A stretch of DNA of 64,000 bases from Nitrospiria bacterium (GTDB lineage: Bacteria > Nitrospirota > Nitrospiria > SBBL01 > JAADHI01). The notes under the pieces are model-generated. The model was given only the letters and a program-made list of their open reading frames with translations, ran no database searches and was not told the DNA's origin. The stretch lies in contig JBHHXH010000002.1 in NCBI GenBank assembly GCA_046756925.1, forward strand, positions 2,990-66,989. Direction: 5' to 3'. The position numbers were made by a program, and so were the translations under genes. Positions 35,634 to 45,486 of this stretch are shown here, one piece after another (the stretch's first letter is position 1; every line of letters begins with the position of its first letter).

Positions 35634-36533
35634 GTGTTAGTTGACCCGGTTTTAAGGTCCTTGGGATGCGAACGGGGAAGCCGCAAACGTTATGTCGACT
35701 GCACGGTCGGGCTGGGGGGGCATGCCGAGTCCATATTAAACGCAACGGCGCCGTCCGGAACGCTGATTGGAATCGACAGAGACGGAGAGGCGCTCAAGCT
35801 CGCAAGCCATCGGCTTCGATTTTTATCCGATCGCGTCGTGTTGAGAAAAGGCAGTTTTAAGGAAATCGCTCGGATTCTTTCCGAGCTCAAGCATCGGGAG
35901 GCCGATGGATTTCTCTTCGATCTGGGCGTGTCGTCCTACCAGCTTGAAAATCCCGAAAGGGGTTTTTCTTTCAAAATGCCCGGACCGATGGATATGCGGA
36001 TGGATCGGGAGACCGGCGGGACGGTCGCCGATTTAATCAACAACTGGACACAACAGGAATTAAAAGAGGTCATCCAAAAATACGGAGAGGAAAGGTGGGC
36101 GGGAAGAATCGCCACGGGGATCGTCCGGCACCGAGCGGAAAAAGGGGAAATTCACCGGACGGATGAATTGGAGGAAATCATCTGGAGAGCAATCCCAAGC
36201 CGGTTTCGACATGGCCGTATCCATCCGGCGACCCGGACGTTTCAGGCATTCAGAATGGTTGTGAACAACGAGCTGGAACAACTCGAGTCGGGTTTGCTGG
36301 CGGCGATTTCCTTGCTGGCCATTGGCGGCAGACTCGTCGTGATTTCTTTTCATTCTCTGGAAGATCGTTCGGTGAAGCGGATCTTTAGAAGTTGGTCGGA
36401 GGGGCGCGAAGGATGCGCTCCCAAGCGATTTAGAACGCTTTACAAAAAACCGGTGACGGCCGGGCCGGAAGAGATCGTGCGAAATCGACGGGCCAGAAGC
36501 GCCAAGCTTCGCGCCTTGGAGCGCGCCGCCTAA
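35634..36533 (+). CDS. rsmH: 16S rRNA (cytosine1402-N4)-methyltransferase RsmH (5' boundary unresolved)
   Basis: YVDCTVGLGGHAESIL (SAM site) and FDLGVSSYQLE. The coordinates follow the ORF-track GTG, but the conserved H-x-PVL lies upstream of it (see findings). The real start is probably near 35587-35592. Confidence 0.85.
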   Translation: MLVDPVLRSLGCERGSRKRYVDCTVGLGGHAESILNATAPSGTLIGIDRDGEALKLASHRLRFLSDRVVLRKGSFKEIARILSELKHREADGFLFDLGVSSYQLENPERGFSFKMPGPMDMRMDRETGGTVADLINNWTQQELKEVIQKYGEERWAGRIATGIVRHRAEKGEIHRTDELEEIIWRAIPSRFRHGRIHPATRTFQAFRMVVNNELEQLESGLLAAISLLAIGGRLVVISFHSLEDRSVKRIFRSWSEGREGCAPKRFRTLYKKPVTAGPEEIVRNRRARSAKLRALERAA

Positions 36534-36544
36534 GGGGGGTGGAT

Positions 36545-36841
36545 ATGTCCCGAACGTTTTTAATGTTTGTCCTGATCGTACCGATGCTGGTGTTTGCCTT
36601 CCTCGCCGTATGGCAACGTGACGAGATTATCCGAATCGGGTATCGGACGGAAACGCTTCAAGAGAAAAAACGGGCGCTTCTCCGTGTCCGAAAGGACTTG
36701 GTCGCAGAACTGTCGTTCTTGAGCACGGCGGAGCGGATCGAGCAAATCGCTCGGGAGCAACTCCAAATGAAACCGCCAGACCCTTCTCAGCGGATCTATA
36801 TATCGATGTCTCACCCGGATGGCCGTCACGAAGAAGAATAG
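36545..36841 (+). CDS. ftsL: Cell division protein FtsL-like
   Basis: Small bitopic protein (one TM, then a coiled coil) in the canonical position between rsmH and ftsI. ATG at 36545 after AAGGGGGG. Confidence 0.6.
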   Translation: MSRTFLMFVLIVPMLVFAFLAVWQRDEIIRIGYRTETLQEKKRALLRVRKDLVAELSFLSTAERIEQIAREQLQMKPPDPSQRIYISMSHPDGRHEEE

Positions 36842-36922
36842 TCGCCCGTTCCGGATCGTCTCCAAAATGTGAGCCGAGACAAGGCCTTTTTGTTGAAAGC
36901 CCCGATTCTAAGGATATGAAAT

Positions 36923-38755
36923 ATGTGGCAAGCATCCCAAGTATCCCAAGTATCCAATGATTTGTACCGTCCATCCCGTGTTTATATCGGCTTTGCCTGC
37001 TTGATGGTCGGATTTGTGCTTGTTTCGGTCCGTCTGGTCTTTGTTCAGTGGTTCCAACATGAGGAATGGTTGGGCCGTGCGCGACAAGGACAGGAATTAA
37101 GCGTGAAAGTTGAAGCGGAGCGGGGAACGATTTATGACCGTCACGGCAACGTGCTCGCGATGAGTGTCGAACGTCCGTCGATCTATGCCATTCCAAAGGA
37201 CATCGAGGACCCTGTCGCCCTGTCTCGCCGCCTTGCCCCGATATTGGGGGTTCCACAGAAAGGGCTTATCCGGCGGCTCAGAAGCAAGGAAAATTTCGTT
37301 TGGCTTCGACGAAAGCTGACAAACGAGAAACGCTTGGAGGTCGAAAAGCTGAAATTAAAAGGCATTGGATTCCTCAGGGAAAGCAAGCGGGTCTATCCAA
37401 AAGGCCCGCTGTTCGGTCACCTATTGGGCTTCGCCGGTCTCGATAATCAAGGTTTGGAGGGCATCGAACGGAAATACGATCACACCCTCAGGGGGCGGAA
37501 TGGGGAACTGATCTTGGAACGCGACGGGATGAAAAAATCGATTTTCCGAAAAGATCTCGAATTTTTAATGCCGACCCCCGGAACGAATCTTTATTTGACG
37601 GTCGATGAGATGATTCAATACATCAGTGAACGCGAACTCGATCGTATTGTCGAGGAAACCGACGCGGAAGGCGGCACCGTCATCGTGATGGATCCCTGGA
37701 GCGGTGAGATACTCTCCATGGCCGTACGGCCCGAGTTTGATCCGAACCGTGTCAAAACTGCCCATCCCGCACAATGGCGGAACAGAGCCATTACCGATTT
37801 TTATGAGCCGGGGTCCACCTTTAAAATCGTCACGGCCGCGGCGGCCCTCGAAGAGCGGCTGATCGGACCCGATGACTTGATCGATTGCGAAGAGGGCGCC
37901 TATGCAGTTAAGGGAACCATCATTCATGACCATGATGCGATCGGCACCATTCCTTTTCGCCAGGTGATCGCCAAATCGAGCAATATCGGTACGATCAAAG
38001 TAGCCGAGATACTGGGGACGGACCGTTTGGAGCGCTATGTCCATGCCTTCGGCTTCGGATCGCGGCTGGGGGTTGATTTGCTTGGAGAATCGCCGGGCTT
38101 GTTGCGGGGGCGAAAAAAATGGTCCGGGCGTTCTCTGGCCTCGATCGCCATCGGTCAGGAGGTCGGCGTGACGCCTTTACAAATGGTGACGGCCACTTCG
38201 GTTTTGGCGAATGGCGGCTGGCTAATGTCTCCCCGTATTGTAAGAGAAATAAAGGGTGCGGGGAGACATCAGCGAAGACCGTCTCCAACGATCGGCAGGG
38301 TTGTGTCCGAGGAAACGACCGAGAAAATGGTCCAAATTTTAAAGGGCGTGGTTTCCACGGCCGGGACGGCGTCCCGTGCGGCGATTCCCGGTTACTCCGT
38401 GGCGGGAAAGACGGGCACCGCGCAAAAAATCGATCCCGCGACCGGGCGATATGCCAAGGATAAATTTGTCAGTTCTTTTGTCGGTTTTGTGCCGGCGGAC
38501 AATCCGGTGATTTCCATATTGGTCATGGTGGACGAGCCGAAGGGCCATGCCTGGGGAGGGGAGGTTGCCGCTCCCGTTTTTGCATCGATCTCAAAAGATG
38601 TCTTGCATTACCTGAAGGTGCCCCCGCAATCCGGTGCGCCGGAGACTATTCAGCCGGTTCCGGAGTTGGATTTTCGGAAAAAAACCTTAAAGCGCGTTGC
38701 AGCGCAAGACGCCAAAGCGGTGCACGCGAGTGTGATGATCGGTCCCGCTCCATGA
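36923..38755 (+). CDS. ftsI: Peptidoglycan D,D-transpeptidase FtsI (class B PBP)
   Basis: N-terminal TM. SxxK (GSTFK), SxN (SSN), KTG (GKTGTA). dcw position. Confidence 0.85.
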   Translation: MWQASQVSQVSNDLYRPSRVYIGFACLMVGFVLVSVRLVFVQWFQHEEWLGRARQGQELSVKVEAERGTIYDRHGNVLAMSVERPSIYAIPKDIEDPVALSRRLAPILGVPQKGLIRRLRSKENFVWLRRKLTNEKRLEVEKLKLKGIGFLRESKRVYPKGPLFGHLLGFAGLDNQGLEGIERKYDHTLRGRNGELILERDGMKKSIFRKDLEFLMPTPGTNLYLTVDEMIQYISERELDRIVEETDAEGGTVIVMDPWSGEILSMAVRPEFDPNRVKTAHPAQWRNRAITDFYEPGSTFKIVTAAAALEERLIGPDDLIDCEEGAYAVKGTIIHDHDAIGTIPFRQVIAKSSNIGTIKVAEILGTDRLERYVHAFGFGSRLGVDLLGESPGLLRGRKKWSGRSLASIAIGQEVGVTPLQMVTATSVLANGGWLMSPRIVREIKGAGRHQRRPSPTIGRVVSEETTEKMVQILKGVVSTAGTASRAAIPGYSVAGKTGTAQKIDPATGRYAKDKFVSSFVGFVPADNPVISILVMVDEPKGHAWGGEVAAPVFASISKDVLHYLKVPPQSGAPETIQPVPELDFRKKTLKRVAAQDAKAVHASVMIGPAP

Positions 38756-40263
38756 AACTGGGCGCCTGGGTCGATGCCTTTATGTCTGCTGCAAAAGGAA
38801 ACGAGAAGGTGGTGATCGAATTGCACGGAATCGGCGATGGGGAGATCGATAGCATCGCGGACGATTCGCGGGAGGTCTCTCCCGGCAGTCTCTTTATCGC
38901 TCGAAAAGGGGCACAGCGGGATGGCCACCAATTTATCGGCTCGGCCATTCAGCGAGGGGCTTCGGCCGTCGTATTGGAACAACCGATTCCCGAAGACCGC
39001 GAATCCGGACCGGCCGCCTATGTCCGTGTGGCCGATTCCAGAGCGGCCCTCTCGCATCTCGCACCCTATTTCTATGGAGATCCCGCCTCGGCGCTTCGAT
39101 TGGTCGGCCTGACGGGGACGAACGGAAAGACAACGACGGCTTATTTAATCGATGCCATGCTCCGGGAGGCGGAATTGCATTGCGGTTTGTTGAGCTCCGT
39201 CATTTACCGTCTGGGGAAGGAGGCGGTTGTTCCTCGAAATACGACACCCGGTTTACTGGAGTTACAGGGCTGTTTTGCAAAGATGCGCAAATCAAAAGTG
39301 ACGCATGTCACGATGGAAGTGTCGTCTCATTCCCTTCATCAAGGCCGGGTGGAAGGATGCACATTCGAAACCGCTGTGTTTACGAATTTAACAGAGGATC
39401 ACCTTGACTATCATCGAACGATGGAAGCCTACTACGCTGCCAAGAAAAAGCTATTCGATCAAACAAAGGGGCGGTGTGTGATTAATGGCGACGATCCCTG
39501 GGGAAAACGGCTCTTGAAGGAAGTCGAAGCGCCCTGTTGGTCTTACGGGATCGCTCGGAAAGGAGCGATCCATCCGGAATGGTATCGATCGGATGTCAAT
39601 GGAATCGCTATGACGGTCCAAACCCCTGCCGGGAAGATCGATGTTGCCTCCCCCTTATGCGGGGTTCATAATATATATAACCTGCTGGCGGCGATCGGTG
39701 CCGGGCTTTCGCTTGGCCTTGGCAAGAGCAGCATCGCATCCGCCATTCGGTCGATGCGGTCGGTGCCGGGCCGTTTCGAGAAAATCGACGAAGGTCAGAA
39801 TTTTAACGTGATTGTCGATTATGCCCATACGGAGGATGCCCTGAGGCGACTCTTGCGGGCGGTGTCGGACCTTTCTCCGAAGCGGATCATTACGGTGTTC
39901 GGTTGCGGCGGAGACCGGGACAAGGGAAAACGCCCCAAAATGGCGGCGGTGGCAGCAGCATTCAGCCAGGTTGTGATACTGACATCCGACAACCCCAGAA
40001 CCGAGCGGCCGGAGGAAATTATCCGGGAAATCGAAACGGGTTTCCCGCGTGGCGATGCCGAAAGCGGGGAGCGGTCGCACCGTTTTGAAAAACATCTCGA
40101 TCGCCGTAAAGCCATTCGGCGGGCCGTCTTCTTGGCAGAACCGGGGGATGCCGTCGTCATCGCGGGGAAGGGGCATGAAGCGGTTCAGCAGATTGGGAAT
40201 CAACGACTTCCCTTCGATGATCGCGCGGAAGCGCGCCGTGCGCTTACAGAGTGCCGGTCATGA
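38752..40263 (+). CDS. murE: UDP-MurNAc-tripeptide synthetase (meso-DAP adding) MurE
   Basis: GLTGTNGKTTT P-loop and TSDNPRTE motif. The start overlaps the ftsI stop (ATGA). Confidence 0.9.
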   Translation: MKLGAWVDAFMSAAKGNEKVVIELHGIGDGEIDSIADDSREVSPGSLFIARKGAQRDGHQFIGSAIQRGASAVVLEQPIPEDRESGPAAYVRVADSRAALSHLAPYFYGDPASALRLVGLTGTNGKTTTAYLIDAMLREAELHCGLLSSVIYRLGKEAVVPRNTTPGLLELQGCFAKMRKSKVTHVTMEVSSHSLHQGRVEGCTFETAVFTNLTEDHLDYHRTMEAYYAAKKKLFDQTKGRCVINGDDPWGKRLLKEVEAPCWSYGIARKGAIHPEWYRSDVNGIAMTVQTPAGKIDVASPLCGVHNIYNLLAAIGAGLSLGLGKSSIASAIRSMRSVPGRFEKIDEGQNFNVIVDYAHTEDALRRLLRAVSDLSPKRIITVFGCGGDRDKGKRPKMAAVAAAFSQVVILTSDNPRTERPEEIIREIETGFPRGDAESGERSHRFEKHLDRRKAIRRAVFLAEPGDAVVIAGKGHEAVQQIGNQRLPFDDRAEARRALTECRS

Positions 40264-40292
40264 TCTGAGCATTTGGCTCGGGCGATAACCAC

Positions 40293-41717
40293 ATGTGGAC
40301 AGTGTCGGATCTTCTAGAGGGATGTCATGGAAAAAGAGGCGAAAAAACGCCCTTGGCGGGCGAAGTTTCCGGTTTTTCCATCGATAGCAGAACGATCCAG
40401 CCGAACGCGATGTTCATTGCCCTGGACGGACCCCGCTTCGATGGACACGACTTCGTCGAGGAGGCCCTTCGAAAGGGTGGAGCTGGCGCGATTGTTTCCG
40501 CAGCGGCCTTTCAGGAGAGAGAGAAACAATGGCGTCCCTATTTCGCTTCCCATTATTTTGTGCGGGTCGAGGATCCACTGAAGGCGCTCCAGGCATTGGC
40601 CGCATGGCACAGGCGCCGGTTTCGATGTCCCCTGATCGGCATTACCGGCAGCAATGGAAAAACGACGACAAAAGAAATAACGGCAGCGATCTTGGGGCAA
40701 AGCGGGCCGGTTTTGAAAACGAAGGGAAATTTAAACAATCATATCGGTCTTCCGTTGACGCTTTTGGGTTTAAATAAAGACCACGGCGCCGCCGTGCTCG
40801 AGATGGGAATCAGTCAAAAAGGAGAAATGAGACGGCTTTGCGACATTGCCGCGCCGACCGTCGGTTTAATCACCAATATTGGATCGGCGCATTTGGAGGG
40901 TTTGGACGATTTGGAAGGCGTGGGGCGAGAAAAAGGAGTGCTTTTTGAGTCCCTCGGACCGGGAGGAACGGCCGTGATCAACCGGGACGATCGGTTTTTA
41001 AACAGATGGATGCAAGGTCTTTCGCGGAAATGGACCTTCGGCTTAGATCCGGAATCGGATATCACGGCGGAAAATATCGATGCGGGTCGGGAAGGGGTTC
41101 GCTTCAGACTCTTGAGGAAACGAAATGGTAACGCCGCTGAAGAGATTCGGCTCCCGATGCCGGGCAAGCACCAGATCGTCAATGCACTGGGGGCCGCGGC
41201 CGTCGCCGCTTCGCTGGGCTGCGGCATCCAAGAGACCGCGGCAGGATTGGCCGCGTTTCGACCCATGCCTCGGCGTATGGAGATTTTTAAAACGAAAGGC
41301 TTGACCCTGCTTTTCGATGCTTACAATGCGAATCCCGATTCGGTCTATGCGGCCTTACAGTTGCTTTCGTCCTATCCCAAAGCATCGGGTGCGCGCATCG
41401 CCGTTTTAGGCGAGATGTTGGAGCTGGGACGCTTTAGGGAATCGGCCCATTTTCAAGTCGGAATGCAAGCAGCCGGTTTCGGCATCGACCGCCTCTTCTG
41501 TCTTGGGGCGTCGGCGGAACGGACGGCGGATGGGGCGCGGCAAGGAGGCATGACCCCGGATGTGGTTTCGGTACACCCGGACCTCGAATCACTGGCTGCA
41601 AGCCTGAAAAAGGTCTTGGCAAAGGGAGACACACTGTTACTAAAGGGATCCCGGGCCATACGGATGGAACACTTGTTGCCCGATCTGGGTATTGGAGCAA
41701 AGTCCAATGTTTTATAA
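40293..41717 (+). CDS. murF: UDP-MurNAc-pentapeptide synthetase MurF
   Basis: [14 protein letters not shown]-loop. Mur ligase architecture. dcw position. Confidence 0.9.
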   Translation: MWTVSDLLEGCHGKRGEKTPLAGEVSGFSIDSRTIQPNAMFIALDGPRFDGHDFVEEALRKGGAGAIVSAAAFQEREKQWRPYFASHYFVRVEDPLKALQALAAWHRRRFRCPLIGITGSNGKTTTKEITAAILGQSGPVLKTKGNLNNHIGLPLTLLGLNKDHGAAVLEMGISQKGEMRRLCDIAAPTVGLITNIGSAHLEGLDDLEGVGREKGVLFESLGPGGTAVINRDDRFLNRWMQGLSRKWTFGLDPESDITAENIDAGREGVRFRLLRKRNGNAAEEIRLPMPGKHQIVNALGAAAVAASLGCGIQETAAGLAAFRPMPRRMEIFKTKGLTLLFDAYNANPDSVYAALQLLSSYPKASGARIAVLGEMLELGRFRESAHFQVGMQAAGFGIDRLFCLGASAERTADGARQGGMTPDVVSVHPDLESLAASLKKVLAKGDTLLLKGSRAIRMEHLLPDLGIGAKSNVL

Positions 41718-42783
41718 CCTGCTTTATCCGCTTCATACGGCTTATTCTTTCTTAAATATTTTCCGCTACATTACGTTTAGAACGATCTATGCGGTGGTCA
41801 CCGCCTTGGTCATTTCATTTTTGATCGGCCACCGGATTACTGCGCTGCTAAAACGACTCCAGATCGGGCAGACCGTCCGGGAGGACGGCCCGAAATCGCA
41901 CCTCGAGAAATCGGGAACGCCGACAATGGGGGGCTTGATGATCCTCATTGCCGTCTTGGTGGCCACGCTCCTTTGGGCGGATTTAACGAACAGCTATATT
42001 TGGCTGGTGCTCTTTTCAACAACCGGGTTCGGCCTCATCGGTTTTTGGGATGACTACCTCAAGTGCATCAAAAAAGACCCGAAAGGCCTCTTGCCCCGAT
42101 ATAAATTCGGCCTCCAGGTCTTGTTGGCCCTCTTGACAGCGCTCGGTCTTTACGGTTCTTCCGCCTATTCCACGATCCTGTCCGTTCCCTTCTTTAAAAA
42201 TATTACACCCGATCTCGGGGTTTTTTACATTCCCTTTGCCGTACTGGTGATCGTCGGGGCCTCCAACGCCGTCAACCTCACCGATGGATTGGACGGCCTG
42301 GCCGTTGGCCCGATCATGGTCACCGCCGTGGCCTACATGATCGTATCCTACGTCAGCGGTCACATCGATTTTTCCGAGTATTTAATCATTCCCTACATTA
42401 AAGGAGCGGGTGAACTGTCCGTATTTTGCGGGGCCATCCTCGGCGCGGCCCTTGGATTTCTCTGGTTCAATACCTATCCGGCGACGATCTTTATGGGGGA
42501 TATCGGCTCCCTTCCCTTGGGAGGCGCCCTTGGTACCGTGGCGGTGATTTCGAAACATGAACTTCTATTGGCCTTGGTCGGCGGCATCTTCGTTGTGGAA
42601 GCCCTCTCGGTGATCTTTCAAGTCGTCTCCTTCAAGTCCCGTGGAAAGCGGGTTTTTTTGATGGCGCCCATCCATCATCACTTTGAGTTAAAAGGCTGGG
42701 AAGAGCCCAAGGTGGTGGTGCGGTTTTGGATCATTGCCATCATTCTGGGCTTGATCAGTTTGAGCACCTTGAAATTGCGTTGA
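41707..42783 (+). CDS. mraY: Phospho-N-acetylmuramoyl-pentapeptide transferase MraY
   Basis: Start at [10 protein letters not shown] (overlaps the murF end). GTPTMGG and [13 protein letters not shown] motifs. 10 TM-like segments. Confidence 0.93.
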   Translation: MFYNLLYPLHTAYSFLNIFRYITFRTIYAVVTALVISFLIGHRITALLKRLQIGQTVREDGPKSHLEKSGTPTMGGLMILIAVLVATLLWADLTNSYIWLVLFSTTGFGLIGFWDDYLKCIKKDPKGLLPRYKFGLQVLLALLTALGLYGSSAYSTILSVPFFKNITPDLGVFYIPFAVLVIVGASNAVNLTDGLDGLAVGPIMVTAVAYMIVSYVSGHIDFSEYLIIPYIKGAGELSVFCGAILGAALGFLWFNTYPATIFMGDIGSLPLGGALGTVAVISKHELLLALVGGIFVVEALSVIFQVVSFKSRGKRVFLMAPIHHHFELKGWEEPKVVVRFWIIAIILGLISLSTLKLR

Positions 42784-42826
42784 AGGAAAAGAATCGAATG
42801 AAAAACAACCGTGTAGAGTCCCGCCC

Positions 42827-42893
42827 CCGACCCCTCCCCCGTTCTACGAAGGAGTTTCCTCTCATCCGCTTTAACGAACGGGAGGGGGGTCGG
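42827..42893 (+). other. GC-rich imperfect hairpin in the mraY-murD spacer
   Basis: Left arm CCGACCCCTCCCCCGTTC (42827-42844). Right arm GAACGGGAGGGGGGTCGG (42876-42893). 18-nt arms with 2 mismatches and a 31-nt loop. Confidence 0.6.
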
Positions 42894-42910
42894 ATGGGGA
42901 TGTTTGAGGG

Positions 42911-44242
42911 ATGAAACGCCAACTCAATAAAAAGCATGTGTCCGTTGTCGGGATGGGGAAAAGCGGCATGGCTGCGGCCGCCTTGCTTTCGAGGCAAGGG
43001 GCGGATGTCCTGGTTGTCGATGACCGGGATAGAATGATCGATGGGGCCCTGCCGGAATCGTTTCGATGCCGCCTGGGGGGATGGCGTGAGGAGGATCTGA
43101 CCTCCGCCGACTTGGTTGTGTTAAGCCCGGGCGTCTCCTTGGATCGGCTGCCGGTGGCCCGTCTGAAGGCCTTGGGGGTTCCCTTAATCGGCGAAGTGGA
43201 GTTGGCTGCGGGCTTGCTCTCCGCACCCATGATCGGCATCACGGGGTCGAATGGCAAGAGCACCACAACGACCTTGGCGGGAGAGATTCTCCGGGACTGG
43301 GGATGGGCCGTTTTTGTGGGTGGAAATTTAGGTCCCCCGCTCTCCGAAGCGGTTTCCACACATTCGGATTTTATCGTTGCCGAACTGAGTTCTTTCCAGC
43401 TGGAGACGGTTTCGGATCTTCGCCCGAGGATTGCCGCCTTATTAAACATCACGCCGGATCACCTGGACCGCTATCCCGATATTTCGGCCTACCGGCAGGC
43501 AAAATGGCGAATATTTGAAAACCAGACCTCAGACGATCATGCGGTGCTCAATTTCGACGATCCCGCATCCCATCCCCCTTTCCTTCAGGCCAATCCTATT
43601 TATTTCAGTCGCCATCGGTCTGTGCGCCGTGGGGTGTACCTGCAAGAAGGAGCGATTGTCTCGACCATCCGTGGGGAACCCGAGGCGATTTGCCGGTTGG
43701 ATTCCCTCCCCGCAGCGCAGGCTTGCCATGAGGAAAACATCCTGGCTGCCGTTGCGATTACCTTGTTGTGCGGGTGTTCCGTCGAGGGAATCGCGCGGAC
43801 CCTTCAGCGCTTTAAGGGCTTGCCCCACCGAATGGAATTTGTGAGGGAGCGGCGGGGTGTTCGGTATTTGAACGATTCCAAGGGCACGAATGTCGGCGCC
43901 GTGACCGGGTCGTTAGAGCGTCTAAGGGCGCCGGTGACGCTGATCGCGGGTGGAAGAGATAAGGATGCCGACTTTCGCCCGCTGGCGGCCCTCGTCCGCG
44001 AAAAAGTGAAACACATGATTCTGCTGGGGGAATCGAAGGAAAAGATGGCGCGGGTCTTCTCGGGATTGACACGGATCGAAACGGCTGAGTCCATGGAAGA
44101 GGCGCTCGCATTGGCATCCGACCGATCCCGGCCTGGAGACATGGTGCTCTTATCGCCCGGCTGTGCCAGCTACGATCTGTTTAGGGACTACCGGCATCGT
44201 GGAGAGGTGTTTAAGAAACTCGTCATGGATTTGCCCGAATGA
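42911..44242 (+). CDS. murD: UDP-MurNAc-L-Ala--D-Glu ligase MurD
   Basis: VVGMGKSG Rossmann N-terminus and [12 protein letters not shown]-loop. Confidence 0.9.
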   Translation: MKRQLNKKHVSVVGMGKSGMAAAALLSRQGADVLVVDDRDRMIDGALPESFRCRLGGWREEDLTSADLVVLSPGVSLDRLPVARLKALGVPLIGEVELAAGLLSAPMIGITGSNGKSTTTTLAGEILRDWGWAVFVGGNLGPPLSEAVSTHSDFIVAELSSFQLETVSDLRPRIAALLNITPDHLDRYPDISAYRQAKWRIFENQTSDDHAVLNFDDPASHPPFLQANPIYFSRHRSVRRGVYLQEGAIVSTIRGEPEAICRLDSLPAAQACHEENILAAVAITLLCGCSVEGIARTLQRFKGLPHRMEFVRERRGVRYLNDSKGTNVGAVTGSLERLRAPVTLIAGGRDKDADFRPLAALVREKVKHMILLGESKEKMARVFSGLTRIETAESMEEALALASDRSRPGDMVLLSPGCASYDLFRDYRHRGEVFKKLVMDLPE

Positions 44243-45486
44243 AAAGGCGCGGAAGCCGATCCAGGCGTTTAAAAAATTCCATGCAGATCGTCCTCCCGTT
44301 TGGCCCGGGTGGTATTGTGCGGAACAAGGAGAAACGCCATCCGCCACCGCCGCTGCCTTCCGGAGATTGGGTGCTCCTGACAACCGTGGTCGTCCTGTGC
44401 CTGTTTGGTCTGCTCATGGTGTACAACGCCAGCAGTATCCGCGCGGAGCGGACCTACCTCGATTCGTTTTATTTTATCAAGAAACAAATACAATGGAGTC
44501 TCGTCGGCGTGGCGGCCTTTGCCGCCGCTTCCAGGTTCGATGCGGATCGCCTCCGCGATTGGATGGTTCCCATTGCCGTGCTGGTCATGATGGCGCTTGC
44601 CTCGGCGCTGATTTTTGGAAAAGACATCAACGGATCCCGCCGATGGATCAGTCTGGGACCCATCTCGCTACAACCGTCGGAAATCGCAAAACTCTTTACC
44701 GTGTTCTATTTGTCTCACTATATCGCCAAGAAGGGAGAACGTTTAAGAAATTTTTTGGACGGCGCCGCGCCTCCCCTGATTGTGATCGGCTTGATGATTT
44801 TTTTAATTCTCCTGGAACCCGACCTTGGAACAACGGTCGTCATCCTCTGTTTGTCATCCGCCCTCCTGTTTCTCGGCGGGGTGCCCTTGAAACAAATGGC
44901 GATGTTGAGCGGGATGCTTGTGCCGGTTTTTCTGTATTGGGCCGTATCGGCCCCCTATCGGCTCAAGCGATTGTTGACCTTTTTAAATCCTTGGAAGGAC
45001 CCCTATGGAAGCGGCTTTCAGATTATTCAGTCTCATATCGCGCTCGGCAGCGGTGGGCTGGCCGGTAAAGGGCTTACGGAGGGCAAGCAAATCATGTTTT
45101 TTCTCCCGGAACCTTATACCGATTTTATATTTGCCGTCATTGGGGAAACCTTCGGCTTGGTGGGGACGACCCTGATCCTTTCTCTCTTTGCGGTCATTCT
45201 ATGGCGGGGAACAAGAATTGCGCTCAAAACGGAAAGCCCTTTCAGTCGGATGATGGCTTCGGGGATGACCCTGTTGATTGTCTTGCCCGCCTTATTGAAT
45301 ATGGCCGTGGTCACCGCGCTGCTCCCGACAACGGGCCTGCCCTTGCCGTTTTTGAGCTACGGCGGGTCCGCGATGTTGATTAATTGCACGGCGGTTGGCG
45401 TGCTCTATAATATCTCCCGGCAAGTACAGGACAGAACTTTCGGCTATGCAACAAAAGGAAATTCGATATGGGAGGGGCTTCAGTGA
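44239..45486 (+). CDS. ftsW: SEDS-family peptidoglycan polymerase FtsW
   Basis: Polytopic. LQPSEIAK and GSGGLAGKGLTEG SEDS motifs. The start overlaps the murD stop (ATGA). Confidence 0.88.
   Translation: MKRRGSRSRRLKNSMQIVLPFGPGGIVRNKEKRHPPPPLPSGDWVLLTTVVVLCLFGLLMVYNASSIRAERTYLDSFYFIKKQIQWSLVGVAAFAAASRFDADRLRDWMVPIAVLVMMALASALIFGKDINGSRRWISLGPISLQPSEIAKLFTVFYLSHYIAKKGERLRNFLDGAAPPLIVIGLMIFLILLEPDLGTTVVILCLSSALLFLGGVPLKQMAMLSGMLVPVFLYWAVSAPYRLKRLLTFLNPWKDPYGSGFQIIQSHIALGSGGLAGKGLTEGKQIMFFLPEPYTDFIFAVIGETFGLVGTTLILSLFAVILWRGTRIALKTESPFSRMMASGMTLLIVLPALLNMAVVTALLPTTGLPLPFLSYGGSAMLINCTAVGVLYNISRQVQDRTFGYATKGNSIWEGLQ

Noticed and set aside
42726-42997. ORFs 42726..42914(+) and 42755..42997(-) in the mraY-murD spacer
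   Set aside because: They are driven by the C-run and G-run hairpin arms (poly-Pro/Gly/Arg products). They overlap the mraY and murD ends and have no start context.
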